From Curvularia clavata (Eukaryota): a stretch of DNA of 64,000 nt. Under the pieces are notes generated by a model. The model did not search any database and was not told the origin of the DNA. It saw only the letters and a program-made list of their open reading frames with translations. The DNA lies in contig CP089275.1 of NCBI GenBank assembly GCA_023920165.1, positions 3,038,001 to 3,102,000 on the forward strand, given 5' to 3'. A program made the position numbers and the translations under genes. Of the stretch, positions 48,953 through 63,207 are shown in pieces; positions within the stretch are counted from its first letter, which is position 1, and every line of letters starts with the position of its first letter.

Positions 48953-49787
48953 ACTGGACAATGAGAAAAGCAGCAGAAGAAGCGGAGAAAGCTGGGGAAA
49001 AATCCCCTCAATCTCCTCACTCCCCCAGGTTTTTGTACTCCATAGCTGTCTGGGGTTACCTCGGGACAATCTCCACGAGGGCAACCAGACTACTCCACAC
49101 TGTAGTAGCGGCGGAAAACTTGGGTCCGCAGCTAATACGTTCTAGGGGGACGTGTACTCCGTAATTGACATCATTCGGAGATTCGGCGGGGGCATGTCAT
49201 TGGTGCCGCGTGGTTTAACATATCCTAGTCCAACGTCGAAAGGAGCCTTCCCGTTGTAACTTAGGACTAGTGCGCTTGATCTCTACCGTGTATGTACGGG
49301 TAGAACTGTTTAGCAGGGCAGGGGTTCGCCATAGACATGGGGAGGAAAATAAGCATTTGGACAAAATAAAGTTTCGTAACGACCTTTACAACAAATGGGA
49401 GAAAGCTTATAATTACGGGTGTGATTATCGACCACCAGCATGGGAATTGTCTGTTCGTCGAGGAATCGAGATGCAAAGCGTCGATAATTGACCTCGGGAA
49501 AGCAACAAGTCCGGACCAATTGCCGGTCCCACTTCGTAATGGAAACCCGCCATCGGCATCATCACCGAGTATGCGATGACCATAAAGGAAAGTGGCTGGA
49601 CTACCAAGTAGAAGCCGTTTAACCACGCTACCTTGTTCTGAGTATTCCTCCTAGGCCCATTCTCCTTGAAGCGGCATTTTCACTCACGTGGTCCTACAAT
49701 CCCTGGCCCTGCTCGTCCAACATCCCAGGCCCATACAAGCCTAAACCCCAAAGGACTACTAAGAAACAAACTGCCTCCTAAACCACT

Positions 49788-50756
49788 ATGAAGATCCTCA
49801 TAACTGGCGCCAACGGCTTCGTTGGCCGGCTCCTCGCCAGCCACCTCCACACCACGCACCCGACCGCCACCCTCATCCTAACCGACATCACCGCGCCTCC
49901 CTCTCCTTCTCCCTCCTCCTCTCCCAATATCCACTGCCTCTCCACAGACCTCACCTCCCCCTCCGTCTGCACCTCGCTCATCACCACGCATGCCCCCGAT
50001 GCCATCTACATCCTGCACGGCATCATGTCGAGCGGGAGCGAATCGAATCTCGACCTGGGGTTATCCGTAAACTTTGATTCCGTGCGGACTCTGCTCGACG
50101 TGGTGCGGACGCAGCGTCCCGGCACTACCAAAGTCGTCTTTACCTCGTCGTGCGCCGTGTACGGCCGGCGCGCCGTGACGAATCTCGCGAGCGAAGTAGA
50201 CGTAGTGCCCATGCCGGAATCTAGCTACGGGACGCAGAAACTCATGATTGAGATGCTGGTCAATGACTACTCGCGACGGGGTCTCATTGATGGCCGCAGC
50301 GTGCGACTGCCCACTGTCTTTGTGCGAGCGGGAACCCCCACGGCGGCCGCGTCGTCTTTTGTATCGGGTATTGTGCGCGAGCCGTTGCACGGCGTTGACG
50401 CTGTGTTACCTGTAGATCCCAGCATAGGGATTTGGTTGACTTCGCCAAGGACGCTGGCGCGTAATTTATTGCATGCGATGGAGGTGCCAGGGGAAAAGTT
50501 GGGGCATTTTAGACAGGTGTTGTTGCCTGGGTTTACGGCGTCGAGTGCACAGATTCTCGAGGCATTGGAGAAGGTGGCGGGGAGGGAAGTCAGAGACAGG
50601 GTCAAGGAGGAGAGGGATGAGGTCGTACAGAGGATTGTAGAAAGTTGGCCTGAGAGGTATGATACGAGTAGGGCGATGGAGCTGGGGTTTAGTGAGGATG
50701 TGGGTCTGGAGCAAACGATTAGGGATTTTATGGAGGGGGAGGGGATTAAGGTGTAA
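49788..50756 (+). CDS. NAD-dependent epimerase/dehydratase (extended SDR), D-erythronate-dehydrogenase-like
   Basis: Intronless. TGANGFVG, FTSS, SYGTQK, DYSRRGLIDGRSVRLPTV and AASSFVSGIVREPL. Confidence 0.88.
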   Translation: MKILITGANGFVGRLLASHLHTTHPTATLILTDITAPPSPSPSSSPNIHCLSTDLTSPSVCTSLITTHAPDAIYILHGIMSSGSESNLDLGLSVNFDSVRTLLDVVRTQRPGTTKVVFTSSCAVYGRRAVTNLASEVDVVPMPESSYGTQKLMIEMLVNDYSRRGLIDGRSVRLPTVFVRAGTPTAAASSFVSGIVREPLHGVDAVLPVDPSIGIWLTSPRTLARNLLHAMEVPGEKLGHFRQVLLPGFTASSAQILEALEKVAGREVRDRVKEERDEVVQRIVESWPERYDTSRAMELGFSEDVGLEQTIRDFMEGEGIKV

Positions 50757-51035
50757 GATGAACGAGACATGGGTGGAGGATTGAGTAATGATAGAGATAT
50801 GTCTGAGATATTAGGCACATTGTAGGCACAAGACATGAATGACAACCACGAATCAGATTGCAATAGATTGCAACATCCGTGTAATATACATTGTTAGGTT
50901 TCAAGGAGTTCGCCGAGTACATATCCAACGAATCCATAAAATGGCTCAGTATCAAACGGCAACGAACGCAGTTTGAGTTCAGTCCGAATCAATATGCCGC
51001 TAAATTGCAAGAAAACACGTCAGGGCCAGCGCAGT

Positions 51036-53343
51036 TTAGTCCTTTGCCGCAACTTTGTCCTTCTCAACATCAGCCTCATCCTTCTTAGCATGAGTCTTGT
51101 CGTCAGCGTCAGCCTTGTCGCCCTCAGCATCAAAGACCAAACTGCGTCTCTTGACATCCTGCGGTGGAGGCGAAGTCGCTGGTTTGTCCGCACCGAGCGT
51201 CGCGTCCTTTTCCCGCTTGAAATCTTCAGCCCTCTTGGTATCATCTGGCGGAGGTGAGGACACAGGGGTCTTGTTACCCCATCCCTTTCGTTTCTCGCTA
51301 GCCCAAGTGCCCCAACTGGAGAAATATGCACTAGCTCTTGCTTGTGCATGTGAGAGGTCCGGAGCTTGGGATTTCCCTTGTGGCTAATCAGTCCGCGATT
51401 CCTCGTACTTTGAGTGTGCAACTTACACTTCTTCTCTTCCTCGGCCGGCCGTCCCTCCTTTTCAGCCTGGATCCTTGCTTCTTCAGCCCTCTGCTTCTGG
51501 GCTTCACGCATTGCCTCCATCTCCGCCCAAAGTCTGTTGTAGGCAGAGGAAAACCTTTGCTGGCCCACGGCAAGCTGTTTTCCAATGATCTCTTTGCTCT
51601 TCTCCAGTCGTTCATCGAGGTGCATCTCTGCTACTTGCCTAGTCGCCACGCGAGGATCAGTACACATATCCCAAAAGAGACGGCTTGGAATGTGGGGTTG
51701 TTGCAAAGACTAAGAAAGAAAACTTAGTTGGAATTGCAAGGCGGAGAAAAGAAAGAAGAGAAACATACTGTGCTAAGCGGCGCTGAACATCTTCCATGCT
51801 GAGTCCACCCGAGCAGGGGTGTTTGGGGTCCACGATATCGAAAAGATGGGAGTCGGTGAACTTGTTCCAGATGCGAAAATTCTCCGTTTGCATCCACGCA
51901 TGCACCCACTCGTTTGAGAATTCACTCGATGGATCACCTTCGACCTCAGTAATCAAGTGCTCTTTATGCGCGTTCTTCTCCATGTACAGCTTGTACTTGA
52001 CTGAGCTGAGCATTGCAAGCAGATACTCCTCGAACTGCATTCGAATGAATTCTTCACTCCCAGCATAGCCATGATCCTTGGGTCGCGCAGGGTCTGACTC
52101 ATCCCATGTATCATGGACGGTTTGGGTTAAGAAATCAATCCACCGCCGATCTGGTGTTGATAGAACCGATGCTTGACGAAGCGAAGCCGAAGTGATGTTC
52201 ACGGTATGGTCGTCGAGGTTGATGAGAATGTCGCTGTAACGGTCTTTTTGCTGCAGTAATAGTGAATTTGTAGAGCCAACAATATACGACTTTGTGTCTT
52301 GGTCGGCCAACACATCGAGCTGTTGGAGAGGAGTGTACGGTCCGAAAAGCGAGCCTGTGCCGAACAGCTGCAGGGGTAGGCCCATGTATGCGAGCACTGC
52401 TACAAGTTAACACAACGAACCGCTGTCTGGATTTGAGAACTGACAGGAGGCACGCTCCGAAGTTTTTAGAGACGTAGGCATGACACACTTCTCCTCGCAT
52501 GAATTGAACTTTGGGTCAGCAGCATCTTGTAGGTGGCGAATAAGGCCGGGTATCAGAGAAATAAGAGCAAATTGCATCATGCATAATCGTTCGCAATGGG
52601 AGCCAAAGAAAAGGACCTGTGGTGTGTTGGATTGCGCCAGCTTTTGTTTGCAAGAATATATCGTACCTTGGGCTGAAGTAAGGCGCACTTGAAGAGGACG
52701 AGTGTCTGCGATTTAAACTCGTGTATGAGTTCACGAAGAGAGATACCGAAGTAGTGGTCCTGTCCCTCCTGGTTCTTAAGCAGCTGAGGCAGACTTTCTG
52801 TAAACCGCTCTAAAATCTCTATGTCTGTAAAGTCTCTATGCTGTGCGTCAGCCTCAACACTAATCTTCTCTCTTGTGACCTGATTACCTCTGCGCAAACC
52901 ACAATTGAGTGACGACACTCAATTGTGCCTTGATGGCGCCAAAATGCTGTGGGCTGTTGGTTATAACCACCACCGCCTTCTGCACCGTACTCCTTGTAAC
53001 CTCAGCGGGCCGATCAATGAGCTTGCTGGCGTCTAGCTGGCGCGTACACGAGATACCAAAAAGAGAAGTTGCGGGCTCGGTCGAGGTTTGTGCGCGGCGG
53101 AGCGTGAAGTAGGAGTAGTCTTCGGTCGAGGCATGAGCACCGTCGCTCAGGGCCATGAAAGGCAGGAGAGACCAGTCATTGTCTGCTGCTGGGTCGGTTC
53201 CCTCTTCTGCCCCAAGCCAGAGCTCGATTTCCGGGCCTCTAGCATCCTTATTAGCAATGCTGCCCCTTGCCTCTTGAGATGAATGCAGCTTACCGTGCAT
53301 GATGAAAGTCAACCACACATACAAGAGGACGAAGCGTCGCCAT
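51036..53343 (-). CDS. AVL9: Late secretory pathway protein Avl9 (DENN-like); multi-exon
   Basis: MATLRPLVCVVDFHHA|RGPEIE, LPFMALSDGAH, LFGISCTRQ, TRSTVQKAVV, FGPYTPLQQLD, GSEEFIRMQFEEYL and C-terminal AYFSSWGTWASEKRK. Confidence 0.93.
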
Positions 53344-53905
53344 GGCTGTGCGCTTGCAAAGAATAATCGCACGGCGGTCAGGTTCGAGAAACTGAAAAAT
53401 GCAAGGCCATAGGGGCCGGGCTTACGTCCTAGACATAGTTGCGGAACGCGATGCGGGCGGTGACGAACAGCACCCGTCCCTCCACCAAGCCAGCCTTATG
53501 GTACGGGGCTAGGCCGATTCGGGCCGAAACCTCGGCCTCACTAGCCACTATCTAGAGTTCCGCCGCCACAGCGAATCTATTGCCCAAAGCAGATGTGATT
53601 TGCGATTTGTTTGACAACATAATCTCATGTATTCCTACCTAAGCTAGGCCATGGCCCCAATCGCGTCATGAAACATTTCCTTCGTGTACCAGCATTGATA
53701 ATCCAAATGACAGAGACATAGCTGTGTCCATCTAACTGCCCACCTTCATGCCACATGGGTCCACTGAACGAGACCCTGGGAATCATTGAGAAAATCCAAA
53801 TCCGCATGCTCCACGCAGATGATACATCGAACTTTGGTAAACTACATAACTCGGTGCCGGAAGCTGCAAAGTATTATGGCTCGATTCTGGACAGCCATAG
53901 CTAGA

Positions 53906-55402
<1,497 letters not shown>

Positions 55403-55947
55403 GGTGGTTGGTGGTGGTTCTGGTGCTGCGACAGGCGCGGGTGTGTGAGACTTTGAATGGGCTTTTTGGGGTGGGTGGGTGGTGGAGAAGGGTAGGCTGG
55501 AGATCGTGGGGCAGTCGCGAATACACGGGGACTGCGGTCGCACGGCGAGGGTGCTAAATCCAGGTAGGTTTATTGGATTCGGTGGCGAGTTCCGGCAAAG
55601 AGGCGATTGCGCGACACTGACTCCGAGGACTTTGTTGTCAGAGTTCAGAGTTTGCACCAGGGTGTGGAGGACGAGGGACGGAAGTACTGTAGCCGTGTGT
55701 GGTAGCCGGCTTCAGGGTCGAGAGCAAGCGTTGGGGCGAGGGGAGTAGTGGCGCGGGCGGAAGCACCTAGCTAGACGCAGCACACAGGGGCGAGGAAAGG
55801 GAGACAAGCGGGTTGATGAGAGGCGAGAGCAGAGGAGAGTGAAAGTCTAAAGAGGATGACGAGGGGCAGGCACCGGACGCGATGCAATCGAGGGCTGCAT
55901 GGCCCGGGCTCTAGACGTCTCTCACGCAGGTTTCGGCGTGGACAAGA

Positions 55948-55957
55948 GTGACGTCAC
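55948..55957. promoter_or_regulatory. CRE (Atf1/Sko1-type bZIP) palindrome in the HOG1 promoter
   Basis: Perfect 10-bp palindrome GTGACGTCAC about 550 nt upstream of the HOG1 ATG. Confidence 0.45.
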
Positions 55958-57514
55958 GATGGTTATTCGGAGTTTTCGATCAGAGCCCGTGCATCACGTC
56001 GAGCGCAATTTTTCCCTAGGCCCATTGCATGCTCGTTGGATGCGTAATTGGCCTGCAATTCACATGTGCCGTCTTTGTGTTGTCCTGTCCAGGTACCCCA
56101 CCATGACCGACGTCAACAGCGCTCAAGACGGCCTCACGCCTGTCAGTCTTCCCCTCACTTCACGTGGTCGTAGGCTCGTGCGCGATGCCGCCCACGATGC
56201 ATCCGCCCACGCCCGAGCCGAGTGGACTGAGTCGCTGCGCTGCTACTGTTGCTACTGCTGCTACTAATCATTACCATGCTGTCTGGGTAGCCAACAGCTG
56301 AGACGTGTTTGGCTGGCGGTCCCATGCCCAACAGCCGTGGCATACAGTGGCAGCCAAGCCACAGCGCCCATTTGGATTTGGGATGCATGCATTTGGACAG
56401 GCACAGTACAGGCCCAAGGGGCAGCCATGCCATGCCATGCCATGGCAATTCGACGACGACAGGCAGAATGCGATGTGCGATGCACACACATGGCACTAGA
56501 CATGCGGTGTTGGCCACGAGGGTCGTCTACTCGGGCTGCTCCGAAGGGGAGCGGACGGCAACCCCTGCGGCTATCACGGCAGGTTGTAGCCGCGGAATGA
56601 GGGCAGGGCGAGATTACAGTAGACAAGGCGAAGCGGCAGCTGACAGACGTGGTGTTGCCGGGGGCGGACGGAGGCCAACAGAGAGAGCATGGCGCGTCAT
56701 CATGCACGACATGGCGGGAAGCGTGTCACTGCGCGGCCGTTGAGTGCGAGTTTGCCTGTGTGGGCTATGGTTAGGTGGATGTAGAGGATAGCGTACCGTA
56801 CCGCCGTCTGCTGGCGTGCCACCTAGCGTCTCACGACGCGACCATGGCAGACTGAGGAGCAGTCTGGCCACGCCCAGGGGGGAGCGAATGAGCGAGCAGC
56901 ACCATCGCCAGAGTTTGAACGGGGTCCTTAATTTAGATGTCGTTTGGCATTGCATAGACACGCCCGCCTGTCGTCGACTGCCGATCCAGGGCCGTTGATT
57001 GAGACAAAATGGGCGGTGCCCGGTACGCGGTTGCACGTGTGCTGTACCATGTTGAGACGGGCGGCAGGGCAAGACAGTGGCAGGCGGCGGGTGGGCACTG
57101 TCTGCCATGTGTACACATACACACACACACGTCCTCAGGGCACGAGCACGGCTGCTGCTGCTGCTGTTGCTGCGTATGCGTCTGCGTCTGTTTCTGCTGC
57201 AAGGGGCGGTGCTATGTACTTGTAATTATCAAGGGGAAGGTAGTGCTCGACTGCCAAACGCCAGACGCCCGCCCGCAACCTGCCAATTACAGCGCGACGC
57301 CGGACATGGCGTCCACGATGGGATTGGGATGCCATGCGATGCGTGAATAGGCCCCCCGATACTGAGAGAGGGCTGCTACTCTACTCCACTGCCCGCCTCC
57401 GCCCTCTCTCTCTATACCCTGGCCTGTGCCGTTCCCTCTGACCCTGATCGCTGTTGTCCTGGCTCTGGTCTTGCGGGTTGCATGAGGCTTAGCAGCACAG
57501 CACACGGCGCCTGC

Positions 57515-57547
57515 CATCATCATCAGCATCATCATCATCATCATCAT
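57515..57547. repeat. Interrupted (CAT)n microsatellite upstream of the G-alpha gene
   Basis: catcatcatcagcatcatcatcatcatcatcat. Confidence 0.8.
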
Positions 57548-58226
57548 CGTCCGCCGCCGCGGCACACGCACCACTGCCACCGCTGCCCCCTCTCCGCCAT
57601 TCCCATCCTCTCCCCTAGCCTCCGCCCTCCCAGCTGCCCAGCTCCCCGTCCCCGACGCTGCCTATCCGCCTGCCGCCGCGACGCCTGCCGCCTGTCAACT
57701 GGGCCGTTTTGCTGAGCCCGGCGACGTTGCAAGCTTCGCCGACTCCAGATCCCGCGCCTTCCTCGTCAACTTGCTGGGGAAGCCACCTCCGCACGAGCCA
57801 CTGCCAGCCCTGGAGTCTCGCATCTAGCTCGACCACAGCACCCTACCAACCGTCCAACACCACCACCACCCTCGTTTGCGAGCCCCTCCGCCTCTGCGCC
57901 AAACCAGCCTGGCCCCGCAACCCATCGCTGCCGCTCGACACGCTGGCGACCGTCCTCCCGTGTCTACCCTCGACGCTGCAAGGCCCCCTTTGACAGGAGC
58001 TGCGCCTCGGGTTCGCCGACAAAGGCCTCAGCCAGCACAGCTCCGCCCATCCAACGCGCCCCAGCCCTTGCGCCGCCCATCTCATTGCCCGACCGCCTCT
58101 CCTCCATCGCCTCCCGGCCAGCAGACGACCGCCTCGCGACGCGCTGAGCCTAGTGCTCGCCCATTATCCCGCGCCCGACGTCCCCCCATCGCCTGCGGCC
58201 GCGAGCCGCACCACACGACAGCCACC

Positions 58227-59574
58227 ATGGGTATCTGCATGAGCACAAACAACGAAGATGTCGAACAGAAGAAGCGCAGCCAGGCCATTGACCGCAAGCT
58301 TGAGGAAGACTCGCGCAGGTTACGGCGAGAGTGCAAGATTCTGCTGTTGGGTGAGTGGCCCACCCCCAACCTGCGCCTGCCGTTGGCTGCCTTGAGCCCT
58401 GCTAACCCGCCCCTACAGGTTCCGGAGAGAGCGGCAAGTCAACCATTGTCAAGCAGATGAAGATTATACACCAAAACGGCTACACGCAGGAGGAGCTTGC
58501 CATGTACCGCCTGACCATCTACAAGAACGTCATCGACTGCGCCAAAGCCCTCATTGGCGCCATGCGACAATTCGACATCGCCTGCGAGAACCCAGGCAAC
58601 GCCGAACTGTGTGACTACCTGGCCAACTACACGGTTGATCCCGACCCAGAAAAGCCCCTCGATGTGAGGGTTGGCCAGGCCATCACCTCCATGTGGCGCG
58701 ACCCCTGCATACCAAAGGTCCTAGAGCACTCGAGCGAATTCTACCTGATGGATTCTGCGCCCTAGTAGGTTTGCGCAACTCGTCTTCATCTACTCCCCGC
58801 TAACCGCCCCTCTCCAGCTTCTTCGACGAGGTAGAACGGATATCCGACCCAAACTACGTTCCCATCGAATCCGACGTCCTGCGAGCGCGTACCAAGACGA
58901 CGGGCATCTATGAAACGCGATTTACAATGGGCCAGCTGAGCATACAGTACGTGCGCCTCTTCAAACCAAGCTCTTTGGTGGCTCGGACTAATGTGAAACA
59001 GCATGTTTGATGTTGGAGGCCAACGGAGCGAACGCAAGAAATGGATACATTGTTTCGAAAACGTCACATCCATCATCTTCTGTGTAGCACTGAGCGAGTA
59101 CGACCAGGTCCTGCTGGAAGAGAGTTCACAAGTACGCATTCCCACCGGGTCCCCCCGGCTCCGACTCCATACTGACTGGCTGTCTAGAATCGAATGATGG
59201 AGAGTCTAGTCCTGTTTGACTCGGTAGTCAACAGTCGATGGTTCATGCGAACGAGCATCATCCTTTTCCTCAACAAGGTAGATCTCTTTAAGGCGAAGCT
59301 GGCGCGATCACCCCTCGGCAACTACTTTCCCGACTACTCGGGTGGCAACGACGTCAACCGTGCCGCCAAATACCTTCTGTGGAGATTTAATCAAGTAAAC
59401 CGAGCACATTTGAACCTCTATCCTCAGTAAGAATTGCCGTCCATATTCCTATTACTAAAATCTAACCTGGCCAGTCTTACGCAAGCCACCGATACATCAA
59501 ATATCCGCCTCGTATTCGCCGCCGTCAAGGAGACAATATTGCAAAACGCGCTCAAAGACTCGGGCATTCTGTAA
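58227..59574 (+). CDS. GPA3: Heterotrimeric G protein alpha subunit, group III (cAMP pathway; GanB/Gna-3/Gpa3)
   Basis: MGICMS myristoylation/palmitoylation start, [36 protein letters not shown] and C-terminus ALKDSGIL. Five GT-AG introns. Confidence 0.96.
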
Positions 59575-59645
59575 TTGTCCGACACAGCATGCATGCATCG
59601 CCCCCCTTCCCCTCGCCCGCTAGGCATACTCCACGGCCTATTAGT

Positions 59646-59667
59646 GCTCTCTCTCTCTCTCTCTCTC
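59646..59667. repeat. (CT)n microsatellite in the G-alpha 3' region
   Basis: ctctctctctctctctctctc. Confidence 0.75.
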
Positions 59668-60398
59668 CGCCTTTGGGAATTTCCGCCCATCCGTTCCTCT
59701 GTTTACAACTTACATAATACACGAGCCCTTTTTTTACGATCATTAAACTCTCCCGAGATCGTTTGCCACTCACGATGACACACACATTTGCGGGCTACGA
59801 ATTGGGAAATTTGGGAGATATCATTGCCCTCTAGCTATTGACACATAGAGAGCGCAACAGCATTGGCGTTTGTTGGCGTTAAAAGAGATTCCCTGGACCC
59901 CTTGGTTGTTACTCTTTTTTCTTTCTTTCTTTTCATCATCTGGGAAATGCTGGGAAATGCGCCCGCATGCACGTGGGAGGGGGGGAACTGGCTGGCTGGC
60001 TGGGCTATTTCGCCAACATTATCAAGTGTTTTATCATATCTTTGGGTGGATGGGGCAAGCCGGGGCTTCTTCTTCTTTCTTGTGTCTTTTTTTATGTGTG
60101 TGTGTGCCGTTTTTCTAATCCGTCAAACCTCTTTTTTTTTCACAGTGTTTTGCTCTAGTCCACACATAGCTCTTTTCTTTTCTTTTCTTCCTTTCCCTCT
60201 TAACACTCAAAGCTTTTCCTTTTCGAGTTTCTGGTTTGATAGTCGACTTGTCCGAGTTGTTGGAGCCCCGCTCTCCCTCTGTCTGTCTCTCTGTTTGATA
60301 TGGTATTGTATGTATGTTGAGGAGAAAGAAAGAAGCAAAGAAAGAAAGACAGAAAGAAGAAAAAGCTGAATTGAATGGATAATTTACCTCCCCTTCTG

Positions 60399-60510
60399 CT
60401 CCTCCTCCTCCTCCTCCTCCTCCTCCTCCTCCTCCTCCTCCTCCTCCTCCTCCTCCTCCTCCTCCTCCTCCTCCTCCTCCTCCTCATCATCATCATCATC
60501 ATCATCATCA
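60399..60510. repeat. Compound microsatellite (CCT)~28 followed by (CAT)~9
   Basis: Uninterrupted cct run at 60399-60485, directly followed by a tca run to 60510. Confidence 0.95.
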
Positions 60511-62790
60511 CTGTTGTCAACTGGAGTCTTGATGGATGTTGAATGCAATGGCACAGCTGGATAAGTGAAATCTTTGGTGGGTTTGTCTTGGGATGTTTTT
60601 CTACTTTCTTGCCTTATTTCCAATTGGTTCAATACTATTTTCTGCTTCCCTTGAACCACCCGCTTGTCTTGTACATTTTCCCTTTCGTATGCTCTTATCT
60701 CCTCTACTCAACCCTGCGAAACTACCTAGAGAGCGCAGTTTGTTTCAACTCTTTTTCCCTGCTTTCTTCTACCGTTCTGCTATGCTAAAACATCGTCTTG
60801 TGCAAGTGGGATATTTTAATTCATATGCGAGTTGGTATAGTGGGTGGTGTGGAAACGGAAGAATTATAGGAACGAGATGAGACGGAAGAGAGAGGGATGA
60901 TGTGATGGACAGATACAAGGTCAATATTGAACTGCGGAGGCGGTCTGAGAGAGCTGTTTCTATCGTGATATGGTACATATCAATATACGTATGATACAAA
61001 ATTCATATGTCCTTAACATTGTCTTACTACCCGTACTATAGTTCGTTCTATGAAAAACATGTTTAGGCACAAAAGGCCTAGTCAATGCTACTTACTCATC
61101 GCGACATCGTACCTTCATGATTCTTTCCTCTAGCCCATGCAGGTCCCCGCAAGCAAACGAAATAGGCACGTGGTGTAGGAAACGGAGTATACTTCTCATT
61201 CCGCTGAGTTGAGACAATGCACTTGCGCGGGGAGACGGGCTGCCTACCTGCATAGAGTATATGTTGGGGGTATTCAACATGGCCGAGGAAGTCAACACAA
61301 CCAAAGGGGGGAAGCGGGTTGGCGTTGAATCTGGACCTGACTCGACTCAACGTCGTTTAGCTGGTCTTGTCCTTTTTTGCTTTTTTGCGCCACGGCGGCG
61401 GCGGAGGCGGAAGAGGCGGGAGGCGGAGGAGGATTCTCGCAAACGCGAATCGTTACATCGTCAGTGGTGAGACTTCCACACTCCTTTGAAAGAGGGTGGG
61501 AGGGAAAAAAGAGGAGAGAAAGGGATGTTTCTGTGTGTATACATATCAACGGTTTTACCTACATGTTTCGATCGACTGCCTTTGTGTAGTCAATTGAACT
61601 CATCTTATGTGCAGGTTTATGTATATTGAGACAAAACGGAACTAGTCCCTCCTGAATCTTACAAAGGGTGCGGGGAGGAAGAGGGGAAGGGGGCAGTTTA
61701 GCTATGCTGTATGGGGGTAGGTGTATTGGTTGAGTAAAAGGAAATGCTTCTGATTGGGCTGTTGAACGCTCTTGATAAGGCTGATGCAGCTGTCCACGCA
61801 TGCCGCCATGGGCGCTGAAACATAGGAAAACATAGGAAGGTCAATTGGAGGGAAACAGAAGATGGAGCAAAGGGGGGAGATGACGATGTGCAAGAGAGCG
61901 AGCCTAGCGTAGGGACGAGAAGAGAGAGACGGGACTTGGCGCCAAATCCCTCTCCTACATTGTGCGCGTGGGCGGACAGCGTGGGGCGCTTGGCTTTTTG
62001 TGTATGATTTCTTTTTCTTGTGCGTGGCTGAATCGCTTTCTTGGTCTTTGCTTCATTTTTCTATTGCGTAGTTATGAATTTACATACATGCAGCATAAAT
62101 AGTATTACATAACATAATACACATAGATACCCTCGTCGCGGTCCACAAAACATCATTCGAGCGATAACGCGCTGTTTGCCACATAGGGTTTTTGTTATCA
62201 GACAATGGCAATGGCCATGGAACATAAGGCGTATGCAAGTGTTTGTATAAGCATCTCTAAGCTTTTCTTCGCGCGGCCAGGGTGTTGAGGAGCCCTGCCT
62301 GTGTATGTGGAGACCAGTCCCATTTGCTGTCCATTCAAGGGAAGGCTACGGGGAAAAGAGTGGAGAGCGTGATGTTACTGTTACGAGAGCACTTCGGACT
62401 TCCGGATGCGTGCAGCTTTTTCACCAATGTGGGCATTATTTGAGAAACTGGGACTGTGGCGAGAAATTGTGCTCAGGCTACAATGTCAATTTTGTCCGAG
62501 TATGTATATCTGGTGTGGCCGCTAATTCCTAAGCTACCTGGTTTGAAACCCATGAATGAAATCATAAAACGCCTATCCATGCCATCCGTAGCCACCAATC
62601 GCGAGTGATCTTTTTGTGATGTTGATATTGACTGTGAAAAAAAAAACGAAAAGGTATCATAACGTCGTAAACGCCCGCAGCACCTGGGCTAGTGTAGTAG
62701 AACTCCTTCGCCACAAACTACGAGGTGTAGCCCACACCCACAGCGGGTCAAGTCAGAGTTGCTTTCGCAGCTAAGTGGCCTGCGTAACAC

Positions 62791-63207
62791 CTAGTAGATG
62801 TTGGAAAGGAAGGTAGACCTCTCGAAGCTCAGGCGCCTCTGTCGCTCGGCGGCGGTCATCTCCGCAAAGCCCGGCGGGGCAGGATGCTTCGTGTTAACCG
62901 CAAGAGGAGCGAAAATCTTAGGGCCAAGGACTGGTGAATCGGCAAGCTTTGTGGTGGGAGAAGATGGCGGGCTGATAGTGCTAGCCTCGGAGGCTGGGAC
63001 GCCGACGCTGCTTGTGACACTGGAGACGGAGGATACGGACTGGTGGCGGCCGCTGGCTGGACGGTTGGAAAGAAACCCGTGAGCAGGTACGACGGACTCG
63101 GTGGGAGATGACACAGTTGGGCTGAGTACTGTTTTCTTGACGGGAGTGTTGACAGCGAGAAATGTCTTGGGGAAGGGAATGTGGTAGGTTGGGCGGGTGG
63201 AAGCCAT
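62791..63207 (-). CDS. Small Ser/Pro-rich hypothetical protein
   Basis: 138-aa ORF with good start context (GCCATGG) and upstream TATAA (~63348-63352). Recurring FLAVN/FLSN/PLAVN/FLSN motifs. Confidence 0.65.
   Translation of the reverse strand: MASTRPTYHIPFPKTFLAVNTPVKKTVLSPTVSSPTESVVPAHGFLSNRPASGRHQSVSSVSSVTSSVGVPASEASTISPPSSPTTKLADSPVLGPKIFAPLAVNTKHPAPPGFAEMTAAERQRRLSFERSTFLSNIY

Noticed and set aside
56155..57836. Cys/His-rich ORFs between HOG1 and G-alpha
   Set aside because: They derive from simple repeats ((GCT)n, (CAT)n, (CATGC)n) in a promoter region.
60200..60659. Poly-Arg and poly-Asp/Glu ORFs
   Set aside because: These are translations of the (CCT)n(CAT)n microsatellite with no other coding signal.
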